From Myxococcota bacterium (GTDB lineage: Bacteria; Myxococcota_A; UBA796; CAJQPC01), in assembly GCA_036229005.1 (NCBI GenBank), contig JAZAMN010000049.1, positions 64,001 to 128,000 on the forward strand: DNA of 64,000 bases. Direction: 5' to 3'. Position 1 is the first letter of the stretch; every line of letters begins with the position of its first letter. Below the pieces are notes generated by a model. It did not search any database. It saw only the letters and a list, made by a program, of their open reading frames with translations, and was not told where the DNA came from. Of this stretch, positions 19,453-29,964 are shown one piece after another. A program made the translations under genes and the position numbers.

Positions 19453-20008
19453 CCGGGCTGAACGTCACCACCGCGGTGCTGTAGGTGATGGAGGTGGTCA
19501 GGAAGACCGCCGTGAACCCGGTGTCGGTGGTGGGGAAGGCGTCCACGTAGACCCAGACGCGGGCGATGCCGTGCCGGTCGGTCTTGCCGATCCCGTAGTT
19601 CGGCTTGTACTCCCCGACGTAGCTGGGGGAGAGCTCGAAGTACATCTCGGAGTCCAGGTCGTACCAGGCGCAGAGCTCGGCGTCGTAGCTCTCGGACGAC
19701 AGGTCGCAGTCGGCCCCTTCTGCGTCGGGGTCCGGAGCGTCGACCTCGCGGATGGCGGCCTCGGGGAGCAGGTACATGCCGCCCCACTCCGAGGTGAACT
19801 CCACCTCGATGTCGCTCATGGGGATGCCCTCGTTGTCGAGGACCATGGCGTCGATGGCGAGCAGATAGCCGACACCATCGTTCAGGATCCCCGCAGAGCC
19901 CGCGACCAGGTTGTACTCGTCCGGCGTGGGATCGATGGTGGCGTCTGCGGGCGCAGGGTGCCCGGTCTCAGGCACGCAGGCCAGCGCGGAGAGGAGCAGG
20001 ATGGACAT
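19436..20008 (-). CDS. Hypothetical acidic lipoprotein
   Basis: [11 protein letters not shown] lipobox. Start overlaps the aroB stop. Codon usage matches the genome. Confidence 0.6.
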   Translation of the reverse strand: MSILLLSALACVPETGHPAPADATIDPTPDEYNLVAGSAGILNDGVGYLLAIDAMVLDNEGIPMSDIEVEFTSEWGGMYLLPEAAIREVDAPDPDAEGADCDLSSESYDAELCAWYDLDSEMYFELSPSYVGEYKPNYGIGKTDRHGIARVWVYVDAFPTTDTGFTAVFLTTSITYSTAVVTFSPDDNGA

Positions 20009-21093
20009 CAGACCTCCAAGGGCAGCACCGCGCGGGCGCCAATCAGAAGCTCAGCAGGGGTAACAGCGGTCAGCGAGACCTTGCCTGGCGCGCAGGGAAG
20101 GGCGGCTGTCAAGATACCACGCGCGCGCTTCTTGTCGTGCTGCGTGGCCTGGACGAGCGCCTGGGCAGGGACGGAATCCGGGGAGCGGAGCGGCAGACCG
20201 AGGGCCACACAGAGGGCCTCGATGCGCTCCGGAAAGCCCGCCTCCGCGAGCCCCATCGCCACCGCCATGTGCGCCTCGGCGACCATCCCCACCGCGACGG
20301 CCTCGCCGTGCCGCAGCCTGCCGTACCCCAGCTCCCGCTCCAGCGCGTGCCCGAGGGTGTGCCCACAGTTCAGGATGGCCCGCAGCCCCCCCTCGCGCTC
20401 ATCCCGACGCACGATGTCCGCCTTGTAGGCGCAGCACCTTGCGACAGCATGCGCGAGCGCGTCCGGGTCCCGGCCAACCAGCTCCGCGGCCTTGCTCTCC
20501 AGCCAGCCCAGGAAGCCTTCACCCTCCAGGACCGCGTGCTTGAGGACCTCGCCCAGACCGCAGCGCAGCTCGGCGGGCTCCAGGGTCCCCAGGGTGTCCA
20601 GCGCCGCGTGCACCAGGATGGGCTGGTAGAAGGCCCCCACCAGGTTCTTGCCCCGCTCGGTGTTCACGCCGGTCTTGCCGCCGACGGAGGCATCGACCAT
20701 CGCCAGCAGCGTGGTCGGCACCTGCACAAAGGGGACGCCGCGCATGGTGCTGGCCGCAGCGAACCCGACGATGTCCCCCGTCACGCCGCCGCCCAGCGAG
20801 ATCACGGGCGTCTTGCGGTCCACCCCGAGCGCCAGCAGACGGTGCACCAGGTCCTGCCAGGTGGCCAGCGTCTTGTTGACCTCGCCGTCGGGGATGATCT
20901 CCAGGGAAGCCTGAAAGCCCGCCTGCTCCAGAGAGGTGAGGGCGGCCCGTGCGTACAGCGGCCCCACCACCTCGTTGCTGACCAGAACACAGGGACCGGG
21001 CGCCGTGACGGCAGCGAGCTTGCCCCCGAGCTCCGAGAGGGCCCCCATCTCCAGGGGGTAGCTGCGCGCTCCAAGCTCGACGGTCAGGCCCAT
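20008..21093 (-). CDS. aroB: 3-dehydroquinate synthase
   Basis: LGGGVTGD, PTTLLAMVDASVGGKTGVN, KNLVGAFYQP, LNCGHTLGHALE and HGEAV. Confidence 0.96.
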   Translation of the reverse strand: MGLTVELGARSYPLEMGALSELGGKLAAVTAPGPCVLVSNEVVGPLYARAALTSLEQAGFQASLEIIPDGEVNKTLATWQDLVHRLLALGVDRKTPVISLGGGVTGDIVGFAAASTMRGVPFVQVPTTLLAMVDASVGGKTGVNTERGKNLVGAFYQPILVHAALDTLGTLEPAELRCGLGEVLKHAVLEGEGFLGWLESKAAELVGRDPDALAHAVARCCAYKADIVRRDEREGGLRAILNCGHTLGHALERELGYGRLRHGEAVAVGMVAEAHMAVAMGLAEAGFPERIEALCVALGLPLRSPDSVPAQALVQATQHDKKRARGILTAALPCAPGKVSLTAVTPAELLIGARAVLPLEV

Positions 21094-21596
21094 TTGTGCT
21101 CCAGCACCGCCTGCACGAGCGCCGCGGTGTCCTGGCGGGCGTCCAATCGCAGATCCGCCTGCGCGTACGCCGCCTGCCGTCGCTCATAGCGCGCCCGGAG
21201 CTGAGGATCCGCCGCCAAGGGCCGACCGCTCCCCTCCCCCATCCGCTCCAGGGAGAGGGAGAAGGGCAGGTCCAGCCAGACCACGTGGCCCCACCGCTTG
21301 AGCAACTGGAGGTTCTCAGGCCGCTCAACCACACCCCCGCCGCAAGCGAGGACATGCGCGCCCCGACCCAAGACCTGCCCGAGCACCCGGGACTCCAGGT
21401 CACGGAACCCGGGCTCACCGTGCTGGGCGAAGATCTCGGGGATGCTGCACCCGGCGGCCGACTCGATCTCGGCGTCCAGATCCACAAACCCCAGGCCGAG
21501 GACCTGGGCCAGCGGAGGCCCCAGCGTCGACTTTCCAGCCGCCATGAAGCCAATGAGGGCGAGCGCCTCCGCGTGTGCGGGGACGCCGGACATCAC
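21084..21596 (-). CDS. aroK: Shikimate kinase
   Basis: LIGFMAAGKST P-loop, GEPGFRDLE and ACGGG. Follows pilQ. Confidence 0.93.
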   Translation of the reverse strand: MMSGVPAHAEALALIGFMAAGKSTLGPPLAQVLGLGFVDLDAEIESAAGCSIPEIFAQHGEPGFRDLESRVLGQVLGRGAHVLACGGGVVERPENLQLLKRWGHVVWLDLPFSLSLERMGEGSGRPLAADPQLRARYERRQAAYAQADLRLDARQDTAALVQAVLEHKWA

Positions 21597-23956
21597 TCGG
21601 AGCGACGGACGATGCTGGGGGTCACGAAGACCAGCATCTCCTGCCGGGCGGTGGAGGTGTTCTTGTTGCGGAACAGGACCCCCAGCACCGGGATGCGGCC
21701 GAAGAAGGGGATGCGCGTGGTGGAGAAGCTCTCCTCGGACGCGAACACGCCGCCGATGACCATGGTGTCGCTGTCCGCGACCAGGAGCTGGGTCTGGGCC
21801 TCCTTGATCACGATGGCCGGCTGACCCTGCACCGCCTGGGAGAAGTCCGGGCGGTTGTTGGACACGTCGATGTCCATGAAGATCTTGCCGTCCGAGGTGA
21901 TGTGCGGACGCACCGTCAGCACCAGGGCGGCCTCGATGAACTGCACCTGCGTGCCGCCCGCCGAGGTCGACAGGAAGGGCACGCGGGCGCCCTGCCGGAT
22001 GGTGGCTTCGACGTTGTCCAGGGTGGTGACCCGGGGGGCGGAGATGATCTCACCCCAGCCCTCGGCCTCCATGGCGCTCAGGCGCGCGTCGATGTCGATG
22101 AGACCGGGGATGCTGCCCAGGCTCAGGGCCAGCGAGCCGGCCTCACTGTCGGAGGCCAGGTCCACCGCCAGGTTGTCCTGGTCGGGTGAGTAGAACAGCG
22201 CGGTGTTCTGGCCGGTGTTCTGCTGGACGGAGCCGCCGGAGATCCCGATGTTGTTCGGGAAGAAGAGGCCGGTGCCGTAGCCGGTCATGCCGCTGGCATC
22301 GAGCTCACCGCCCCACTGGACACCCAAGCCCTGGGTGTAGCTGGAGGTGGCCTCGACGATGCGGGCCTCGATCAGCACCTGGGGGGTCTGGCGGTCGATG
22401 TGCCGGATCAGCTCGCGGATCTGGGCGAGGCGGTCTTCGGTCTCCTTCACGATGAGCTGGTTGGAGCGGGAGTCGATCTCCACGCTGCCCCGGGTGCTCA
22501 GCATGGACTCGACCTGACCGGTGACCTCGCCGGCCTGGGCGTAGTTCAGGGGCACCACCAGGACCTTGAGGGGCGTCAGATCCTCCCGGGCCTTCTGGGC
22601 CTCGAGGGCGGCCTGCTGCTCGGCCTTGATGACCTCGATCGGCGCGACGCGGACGATGTTCCCGAAGCGCTGCGCGCCCAGGGACTTGGACTGGAGGATG
22701 GCCGCGAAGGCCTGGTCCCAGGGGACGTCCTCCAGGGTCATGGTCACGGTGCCCTGGACGTCATCGCCGGCGACGATGTTGAGGCCGGAGACGTGGTGGA
22801 TCAGGCGGAAGACGGAGTGGATGTCCGCCTCGACCAGGTCCAGGTTGATGCGCCGGCCGTTGTACATGGACGCCGACGCGCTGGTCGAGTCGAACATGAA
22901 GCCGTTCGAGGTGCCCTGGAAGGCCCCAGGCGCGCTGGAGCCCCCGCCGCTGCCCCACACCTGCGAGGGGTTGGCGGTCTGGCCGCTCTCGCCGATGAGG
23001 GTCTCGGAGGTCGAGTAGCCAGTGACGCCCTGATCGCCGGTCTGGCCGGGGGTCGCGGGGCTGACGCTCAGGCCGGACTGCATGGCGAGCGCCCGGTCCT
23101 GCTGCATCTCGGCGGGGATCGCGACGTCCAGGTAGACCAGGTTGTCCGGGCCGTTGGAGACGGTCCAGTCAGCGCTCGAGGTGTTCAGGCTGATGGCCAC
23201 GCGCACCATGCCCGCGCGGGGGGAGTACGCGCGCACCATCTGCACGGGGGAGATGAACTGAGAGGTGTCCAGCACCCGCCCCAGCGAGGACGGCAAGCGC
23301 GCGCTGGGGAAGTCGACGACCAGCAGGTTGGGCTCGGGCTGGCTGGTGGTGTAGTCCATGCCAGGAGCGGTGCCGATGACCACGCGGGCCATGGTGTCGG
23401 TGTGCTCGTAGTCCAGGGAGCGGAGCGCGTTGCTCTGGGCGTCGATGGGGCCGGAGACCGCGCCGGGGGCCTGCCCGCGGTTGAGGTCGTCGTCCAGGGA
23501 GCTGTCGCTGCTGGAGGAGGCGAGGAGCGGATCCACGCTGTCCGACGCGATGGGGGTCAACCGAACCGCCACGTCGCCGCCGACCATCTCGACGAACACG
23601 TCCACCTGCGAGGCCTGGGTGTTCAGCGCGATGATCGCCTTGACGCCGTCCGCGCCGAAGGCCTCGAAGGAGACGCCCTGCACGAGGCCGCTGCCAGAGA
23701 CCGGCGCGAGGCTCTGCATGGAGACGCCGGTGATCTCGACGACGACCTTGTTCCCATCCTTGAAGTGGGAGTGGGTCGCGGCGTCGAGGTCCTCCTCGAA
23801 GCTCACCAGGACCTCGCTGGCGTCACCGCTGACCGAGATCTCGGCGGCGCTCAGGTTGGGAGCCTGTTGGGCGAGCAGAGGGGTCGCCAGCAGCGCGAGG
23901 GTGCTGAGGGTTGCCCCGAGGGCCAAGCGGTTGGCGGTTCTGCGGAATGCGGACAT
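21593..23956 (-). CDS. pilQ: Type IV pilus secretin with AMIN domains
   Basis: YNGRRINLDL, VPWDQA, LNYAQA, QVLIEARIVEA, IPFFGRIPVLGVLF and EMLVFVTP. Confidence 0.95.
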   Translation of the reverse strand: MSAFRRTANRLALGATLSTLALLATPLLAQQAPNLSAAEISVSGDASEVLVSFEEDLDAATHSHFKDGNKVVVEITGVSMQSLAPVSGSGLVQGVSFEAFGADGVKAIIALNTQASQVDVFVEMVGGDVAVRLTPIASDSVDPLLASSSSDSSLDDDLNRGQAPGAVSGPIDAQSNALRSLDYEHTDTMARVVIGTAPGMDYTTSQPEPNLLVVDFPSARLPSSLGRVLDTSQFISPVQMVRAYSPRAGMVRVAISLNTSSADWTVSNGPDNLVYLDVAIPAEMQQDRALAMQSGLSVSPATPGQTGDQGVTGYSTSETLIGESGQTANPSQVWGSGGGSSAPGAFQGTSNGFMFDSTSASASMYNGRRINLDLVEADIHSVFRLIHHVSGLNIVAGDDVQGTVTMTLEDVPWDQAFAAILQSKSLGAQRFGNIVRVAPIEVIKAEQQAALEAQKAREDLTPLKVLVVPLNYAQAGEVTGQVESMLSTRGSVEIDSRSNQLIVKETEDRLAQIRELIRHIDRQTPQVLIEARIVEATSSYTQGLGVQWGGELDASGMTGYGTGLFFPNNIGISGGSVQQNTGQNTALFYSPDQDNLAVDLASDSEAGSLALSLGSIPGLIDIDARLSAMEAEGWGEIISAPRVTTLDNVEATIRQGARVPFLSTSAGGTQVQFIEAALVLTVRPHITSDGKIFMDIDVSNNRPDFSQAVQGQPAIVIKEAQTQLLVADSDTMVIGGVFASEESFSTTRIPFFGRIPVLGVLFRNKNTSTARQEMLVFVTPSIVRRSE

Positions 23957-23978
23957 GGGTGCTCCACGCGGGCTTTTG

Positions 23979-24509
23979 CTAGAGCTCGAGCTCGTCGACC
24001 GGAAGGTCCAGGGTCAGCTGGTTGGTCACCAGCTCCCCGTCGATGTTCTGGAACTCCTCGGTGATGACCACCGAGGTGCTGGTGATGGCGGTGACCTTGC
24101 CCCAGTTCTTGCCGATGTAGGTGCCGTTCTGGACGACGTGCCCGGTGCCTTCCGGGTCCTCCAGCATGGCCTTGGGCTGGCTCACACCCCAGACGATCGC
24201 GGTCACGACGTACTGGTCGACCTCGAAGCGCTGGAGCGGGGTGGGGTTGGTGATGCCCCCATCGTCGGCGCCCTGGAAGAAGCTGCGGAAGGGATCCCGC
24301 TTGCCGATGGGGTTGTAGGTGTACGCGGGGGCGTCCATGTCCGCGAGGGGGTCCGCCCCGCCGGCATCCGCGCCACCACCGACCGCGTTTCCTGCAGCCC
24401 GCCGAGGTCCGGGGGGCTGGGGCGCGGTGATGTTGCCTCCGGAGCCGGAGCTGTCGGACTCGCAGGCGATGAGGCCCAGGAGCAGGGAGAGGGAGATCAG
24501 GGTTCGCAT
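23979..24509 (-). CDS. pilP: Type IV pilus lipoprotein PilP
   Basis: Lipobox LIAC, YNPIGKRDPF, PLQRFEV and GTYIGKNWG. Confidence 0.93.
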   Translation of the reverse strand: MRTLISLSLLLGLIACESDSSGSGGNITAPQPPGPRRAAGNAVGGGADAGGADPLADMDAPAYTYNPIGKRDPFRSFFQGADDGGITNPTPLQRFEVDQYVVTAIVWGVSQPKAMLEDPEGTGHVVQNGTYIGKNWGKVTAITSTSVVITEEFQNIDGELVTNQLTLDLPVDELEL

Positions 24510-25141
24510 CAGCCGCTCCCCTCCTTGCCGCCCTTGCCCTTCTGCCCGCTCTGGCGAGCGATCTCGTCGTCGGAGAGGAAGCGGAAGGTGACGGCGGTAC
24601 CGGTGACCTTGACGTAGACCTTCCCGCCGCGCTCGTCCGGGTCGGCGAGCTCGACGTTCTGGACGTAGACAATGCGGTCCAGCTTGGCGAGGCGGTCGAA
24701 GAACATCGCCACCTCGTGGAAGGACCCGTAGACCTCGAGCTCGACGGGGACCTCCGCGTAGTACTGGCGGGGGACCTCGGCCATGGTCTTGAACTTGCGA
24801 ATCTCCAGGCCGCTGCGGCGTCCCTCGTTGGAGATGCGGCGCACGAGCTCCGGGATCTCCTTCTGGTCGGGGAGCTGACGCAGGGCCTGGCTGAGCTCGT
24901 TGTTGAGCTCGAGCAGCTCGGCCTCGAAGGCGTCGCGGTTCTCCGCGCGAGCCTTGACCTTGGCCTTCTCATCCTCCAACTGGACCTGCCGGTCCTGGAG
25001 CTGGGCGATGTCGTCGCGCTTGGGCGAATAGAGCAGGAACCAGTAGCCGGCCAGGATGCCGATGATCAGCAGCGCGTAGAGCGCCAGACGCTGAGATCGC
25101 GGCGTGGCCGCCAGCTTGTCGAGGAGGTCGGTCGCGTTCAC
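24509..25141 (-). CDS. pilO: PilO
   Basis: N-terminal TM, coiled coil, LPDQKEIPEL and GSFHEVAMFFD. Confidence 0.93.
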   Translation of the reverse strand: MNATDLLDKLAATPRSQRLALYALLIIGILAGYWFLLYSPKRDDIAQLQDRQVQLEDEKAKVKARAENRDAFEAELLELNNELSQALRQLPDQKEIPELVRRISNEGRRSGLEIRKFKTMAEVPRQYYAEVPVELEVYGSFHEVAMFFDRLAKLDRIVYVQNVELADPDERGGKVYVKVTGTAVTFRFLSDDEIARQSGQKGKGGKEGSG

Positions 25142-25713
25142 AGGCCTTCCTCCTGCTGCTCGTCACTGAGGGCCGGCACGACCACGCGGGTGGTCGCGAC
25201 GAAGCGCTTGAGCTTGTACCCGTCCTGGTCGACCTGATCGATCCCGTCGAGCTCGACGTCCTTGAACCACGCGGAGCGCTCCAGGTTGGTCAGGAACTGC
25301 GCGACGACCTCGTAGGAGACCGCCAGGCCGGACAGCTCGATGTTGCCGCCGCGCTCCTTGAGGCCCGTGATGGTGAGCTTCTCGGGGGTCGCGAGGCTGA
25401 GCTCATCCAGCATGTGGACGGGGCCTTCCTGGCCGGCCTTGAGGCGGCGGATGACGTCCAGCTTGCGGTTGTACTCTTCCTTCTTGCGCTCGAACTCGTC
25501 GACCTCGACCACGATGGCCTTGAGGTTGTCGATCTCCGTCTGGAGCTGCTGGTTCTCAGCGCTGAGGGTGGAGGCCTGGGAGCCCACCACAACATAGAGC
25601 CCGCCCAGCGCCAGCACCACGACACCCAGCGCGAGGCCGGCCAGAGCCAGCTCCTGCTTGACGGCGTCCAGGCGCGCGGTCGCGCGAACGGGGAGGAGGT
25701 TGATGCGAATCAT
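25138..25713 (-). CDS. pilN: PilN
   Basis: MIRINLLP motif followed by TM and coiled coil. Confidence 0.95.
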   Translation of the reverse strand: MIRINLLPVRATARLDAVKQELALAGLALGVVVLALGGLYVVVGSQASTLSAENQQLQTEIDNLKAIVVEVDEFERKKEEYNRKLDVIRRLKAGQEGPVHMLDELSLATPEKLTITGLKERGGNIELSGLAVSYEVVAQFLTNLERSAWFKDVELDGIDQVDQDGYKLKRFVATTRVVVPALSDEQQEEGL

Positions 25714-26783
25714 TGGTCGCCGATCCTCCGCATCGCCAGTCCCACCGCGACGGCCGCCTGCAGCGACTTGTCGTGGAGGTAGCGAGGGCTGAACTCCCGC
25801 TCGTCGATGACGATCTTGCGGAAGGGGTCCACGATCTCGATGGGCGAGCCGGTCGCCGCCCCGATGGCCCGAGCCAGCCCCGGCGTGCGGGCCGCGCCGC
25901 CGCTCAGGTAGACCCGGGAGAGGGGCACTCCGGGGGTCGCGCTCAGGTGGAAGTCCAGGCTGCGGTGCACTTCCGTGGCCAGGGAGTCCGAGACCGAGGA
26001 CAGGATGTTCTCGATCTCCTCCGGGATGACGGCGTCCTGGTCATCCTCGGAGCCACCGACCTTGAGCATCTCCGCCTCTTCGTAGGAGATCCCCAGGGCG
26101 CGCTGGATCTCCTCGGTGAACTGGCGGCCGCCCATCTGCACGTCGCGGGTGAACGCCGTCACGCCGTTGTGCAGGATGTTCAGGTTCACCGTGCTGGCGC
26201 CGATGTTGACCAGGGCGACCAGCTCCTTGGGCGCGTCGTAGTTCATGCTGAACATGTTCTCGACCGCGAAGGCGTCCACATCCACGATGCGGGGCTTGAG
26301 CCCGGCCTCCTGGATCAGGGACTGGTACTCGCTGACCAGCTCCTTGCGCGCCGCGACGAGCAGCACCTCCATCTGGCCAGCCTCGTCGCCCTCGGCGTCC
26401 AGGATCTGGAAGGAGATGTTCACGTCGTTGATGTCAAAGGGGATGTACTGCTCAGCTTCCCACTGGATGGACTCCTCCAGCTCCTCGAAGCTCATCTGGG
26501 GCAGGTTGATGCGCTTGATGATCACGCTGTGCCCGCTGATGGCAGCCGTCGTCTCCTTGGTCTTGATTTTGCAACGATCGACCAGCTCCCGGATAGCGTC
26601 TACGACGACATTCGGGTTCATGACAGCCCCATCCACGACGGCCTCGGGCGGGAGGTCCACCATGCCGAAGGTCTTGAGCCGCCAACTGCCGCCCTTCTTG
26701 TCCTGGTGGAGCTCCATGACCTTCACAGAGCTCGAGCCGATGTCGAGTCCGATGGTCTGGGTGCTCCGGGAGAAGAGGCCCAT
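25710..26783 (-). CDS. pilM: PilM (actin-like)
   Basis: IGLDIGSSSVKVM, EAEQYIPF, VLLVAARKE and VYLSGG. ATG 26783 follows GGAGA. Confidence 0.95.
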   Translation of the reverse strand: MGLFSRSTQTIGLDIGSSSVKVMELHQDKKGGSWRLKTFGMVDLPPEAVVDGAVMNPNVVVDAIRELVDRCKIKTKETTAAISGHSVIIKRINLPQMSFEELEESIQWEAEQYIPFDINDVNISFQILDAEGDEAGQMEVLLVAARKELVSEYQSLIQEAGLKPRIVDVDAFAVENMFSMNYDAPKELVALVNIGASTVNLNILHNGVTAFTRDVQMGGRQFTEEIQRALGISYEEAEMLKVGGSEDDQDAVIPEEIENILSSVSDSLATEVHRSLDFHLSATPGVPLSRVYLSGGAARTPGLARAIGAATGSPIEIVDPFRKIVIDEREFSPRYLHDKSLQAAVAVGLAMRRIGDQ

Positions 26784-26941
26784 GAGATCTCCGGGTGGGT
26801 TCGCCGTCAGGGAAGGCGTCCGTTTTAGCACGGACAGAATCCTGACGAGCGTAGCGCAGGACAGGGGTGAGGGGGGCTTGGGCAGACAGAGGTCTTGACG
26901 TGACAAGAGTACCAGATGCGGCGTCGAGCTATCCTCTGGCC

Positions 26942-29899
26942 GTGTCCACCCCACCGAATCCCGCCGCCAAGATCGCCACCTTCCTGCCCGCCGCCCTCCT
27001 CAGCGGGGTGGGCGCGCTCCTGGCCTGGCGCGCTCAGATCCTGGGCGCGAGCCCATGGCACCTGCAGACCCTCCCAGCGCTGCTCGGTGCGGGTGCGTTC
27101 GGGGCCGCGCTGCTACCGATTCGGGTGCCTCGCTGGGCTGTGATCTCTGCGGGAGCAGTGGGCGCGAGCCTGCTCCTGGCACACGCGTTCCTACCGCCAA
27201 CAGCCGTGGCGCTCGGGACCCTGTTGAGCTTGTGGGCGCTGGCGAGGACAGGCTGCAGCGCACCCGCTCCCCACCCCGCGGCCTGGTTGCTCGCGCCGCT
27301 GGGGCTGGCCGCTGGGGCGCTGCTCCCAGCCGGCGGGCTGGTGCTGGGCGCCGGCGCGCTGCTCCTGAGCGCAGACGCGGCGCCCTCCCCTGCCCTGCCT
27401 CGGCGGGTCTGGATCGCTCTGCCCATGGCCCTGGGCGCAGGCGGCGCGCTGGCCGCAGCCCTGGGCGCGGCGCGGGCCCTGGATCCCACCCCTGCGAGCA
27501 CCGCGCTCTTTCTGGGATCGGCGCTCCTCGCTGGCGCCATGGCGGCGCAGTTCACCCGAAAGCGGGACCCCCGGCCCTTGTGGTTGGCCACGATCGTCCT
27601 GGCCGCCTGGGTCCTCCTCCTCTCGCTCCCCTATCGCTTCCAGGTCTGGGTGGAGCCGCTGGCGGGCGCCCGGGACCCCAGGTGGATCCTCGCGGGGCTC
27701 GTGGCAGCTCCAGGCGCGGTGCTGGGTCTGGGGGCCGGTGCGGCGATGGGCCCGCTGCAGCGCCACCCGGGGGGCTCGGCACTGGGGGTTGGGGCGCTCG
27801 CGCTCGGCCTGGGCTTGGGCAGCCTGATCCCGGAGCAGCTCCCCGGTGTGCTGGTGGGCGTGGGGGGCCTCGCTGTCCTCGCTGGGGTCCTGATGCCCGC
27901 CCCTGTGAGCCTGCGGGTGGCGGCTCCGGTGGTGGGCACGGGGCTCTTGTTGGTCTGGTTCCTCCTCCCCTGGAATCCCGCGGACTGGACGCGCTTGGGG
28001 GTGGATCACCTGCGCGACAGCCCGGGGCCTGAGCGAGAGCACGCCCGGATGGAGAAGGGCCAGGTGGGCGCGCAGGGCTGGGATCCGAACGGCGCCTGGG
28101 CGCTGGAGGTCGAGGACGGGGCCCCCACGCGGCTGGTGGTGGAGGGGGCGCGGATCCCCCGGGGCGGGCGAGGGGCGGACACCCGGCTGCTCATGCCGCA
28201 CCTGGCGGCTGGGCTGGCTCGGCGGGCGGACAGCGCAGTGGTGCTGGGGGAGAGCTTTGGAGAGCTGAGCGCGGGGCTGCTGGCGCAGGAGTGCTCCAGG
28301 GTGGTGGTCGCGGTGCCGCAGCCGCTCCGTACGCGCGCTGTGGCTGGTGAGCTCCCGGGGGTGGAGAGCGCCTGGCTGCATCCAGCGCTTCGGCTCGAGC
28401 GAGGGAGCGCGGAGGAGGTGCTGCGGGCACAGGACCCGGTGGATGTGATCGTGGAGGTGGCGGAGCGCCCGTGGAGAGACGCGGCTGGTGGCCTCCCGAC
28501 CCCTGCGGGCCTGCGGCTTCGGCGGCAGCACCTGACCGAAGGGGGGGTGTACCTGCTGAGCGTTCCGGTGACCTGGATGACGGAGCCCGAGCTGCGGGGA
28601 CTGCTCGGGGAGTTCGCGGAGCACTTTGAAGCCAGCCGGGCCTTCCTGCCGGCCCAAGGCGCCGACCAACTGATCGTGGCCGGGTTCGCGGACGGGGCGC
28701 CGCGGAGCTGGGATCGGATGGTGGAGGCCAGCGTCCGGGGCGGGGCGCTGCTCGGGACCCTGGACATCCAGTCCCCGGTAGACCTGGCGGACCGCAGCCT
28801 CGCTTCGGCGGAGGCCCTGGCCACGGGTGGAACGCCGCCCTCCCGCCTGCATCTGGGCGCCACGCTGCATCGGAAGCCGTCGATGCTGCTGCCGCTGTTC
28901 GCGGAGCACCTGGACGGCAGCGACTGGCTGGACACCCGCTCTCAAGCGCAGGCGGCAGAGGCCCTGGACGCCCGGCAGGAGACCAACAAGGTGTTCCTCG
29001 AGTGCTTGGACTCTGCGGCCCGAGGGGAGCTGCAGGACTCCTTTCAGAGCTGCCGCTCGCTGTCCCGTTCGGAGGGGGGTGAGCAGCGGCTGGATCCCTT
29101 GATCGGCCCCCAGCTTGAGCGCGGACGCAAGGCCGCAGCAGCGGGTGACGGGCAGGCCTGCATGGCGCAGGTGGAGCAAGCCCGCCTGATCAACCCCCGG
29201 AGTGCGGAGACCTACGCACTCGCTGGGCGCTGCCGCATGATCCTGGGGGACCCCCGGAGCGCGCGCGAGGAGTTCGACAAGGCGCTGGAGCTGGACGCCG
29301 GCAACCTGGACGCGCTGCTGGGCCTGGCGCAGCTCTCCGTCCGGCGCGGAGAGGACCGTGCGGCGCTCGACCTGATGGCGCAGGCGGCCCACCGGAACCC
29401 TCGGAGCTGGCGGCCCCCCTACTACCGCGGGATGTTGCTGATGGACCTGGGTGAGTTGGAGGATGCCGAGGCGCAGCTCGCGAACGCTCGGGGCCTGGCC
29501 GGAGACCAGAGCACGGCACCACTCGCCGCGCTGGCACACCTGGCGCTGCTGCAGGGGCAGGCGCAGCAAGCCCTCCCCCAAGCCCGCCTGGCTGCAGACC
29601 GCGAGCCGAACGCCCGCAACCTGCACCTGGTGGGCTGGGCCTATCTGGAGCTGGGGAGCCCCGACGCGGCGCGGCCTTTCCTGGAGCGCGCGATCCTGGC
29701 AGACCCGGAGTTTCTCCCGGCCCACGGCGACCTGGGCCGGGTGCTGGCGGCGCAGGGGCAGTACGGTATGGCGGTGCAGTCCTTTGACCGGGTGCTGGCC
29801 CTGGAGCCGAGCAACGCCGGCGCGATCCTGAACCGGCAGCGGGCGATCGCCCTGCTGGAGCAGGAGCAGCAACAGGCCGGAGCCCCCACCGCGCAGTAG
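26942..29899 (+). CDS. Membrane protein with a degenerate spermidine-synthase/methyltransferase-like domain and C-terminal TPRs
   Basis: About 370 aa hydrophobic N-terminus; LMPHL...AVVLGESFG...DVIV...HLTEGGVY core; TPRs (FDKALELDAGNLDALLGLA). GTG 26942 chosen from the TATCCT-N6 signature. Confidence 0.6.
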   Translation: MSTPPNPAAKIATFLPAALLSGVGALLAWRAQILGASPWHLQTLPALLGAGAFGAALLPIRVPRWAVISAGAVGASLLLAHAFLPPTAVALGTLLSLWALARTGCSAPAPHPAAWLLAPLGLAAGALLPAGGLVLGAGALLLSADAAPSPALPRRVWIALPMALGAGGALAAALGAARALDPTPASTALFLGSALLAGAMAAQFTRKRDPRPLWLATIVLAAWVLLLSLPYRFQVWVEPLAGARDPRWILAGLVAAPGAVLGLGAGAAMGPLQRHPGGSALGVGALALGLGLGSLIPEQLPGVLVGVGGLAVLAGVLMPAPVSLRVAAPVVGTGLLLVWFLLPWNPADWTRLGVDHLRDSPGPEREHARMEKGQVGAQGWDPNGAWALEVEDGAPTRLVVEGARIPRGGRGADTRLLMPHLAAGLARRADSAVVLGESFGELSAGLLAQECSRVVVAVPQPLRTRAVAGELPGVESAWLHPALRLERGSAEEVLRAQDPVDVIVEVAERPWRDAAGGLPTPAGLRLRRQHLTEGGVYLLSVPVTWMTEPELRGLLGEFAEHFEASRAFLPAQGADQLIVAGFADGAPRSWDRMVEASVRGGALLGTLDIQSPVDLADRSLASAEALATGGTPPSRLHLGATLHRKPSMLLPLFAEHLDGSDWLDTRSQAQAAEALDARQETNKVFLECLDSAARGELQDSFQSCRSLSRSEGGEQRLDPLIGPQLERGRKAAAAGDGQACMAQVEQARLINPRSAETYALAGRCRMILGDPRSAREEFDKALELDAGNLDALLGLAQLSVRRGEDRAALDLMAQAAHRNPRSWRPPYYRGMLLMDLGELEDAEAQLANARGLAGDQSTAPLAALAHLALLQGQAQQALPQARLAADREPNARNLHLVGWAYLELGSPDAARPFLERAILADPEFLPAHGDLGRVLAAQGQYGMAVQSFDRVLALEPSNAGAILNRQRAIALLEQEQQQAGAPTAQ

Positions 29900-29964
29900 G
29901 CCCAACGCGCACCGAGAAGGAGCTCGCAGCGCAAAGGAGCCCCCAGCGCTCAAGTCGCAGCGCA

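Noticed and set aside
26890..26915. sigma54 promoter or TCTTG-N6-CAAGA operator upstream of pilM
   Set aside because: Minus strand TGGTAC is not followed by GC at the required spacing, and the 5-bp palindrome is too short to support alone.
29900..29964. Short repeats (TCGCAGCGCA twice, AAGGAGC twice) in a convergent intergenic region
   Set aside because: Too short and GC-rich to distinguish from chance; no further copies noticed.
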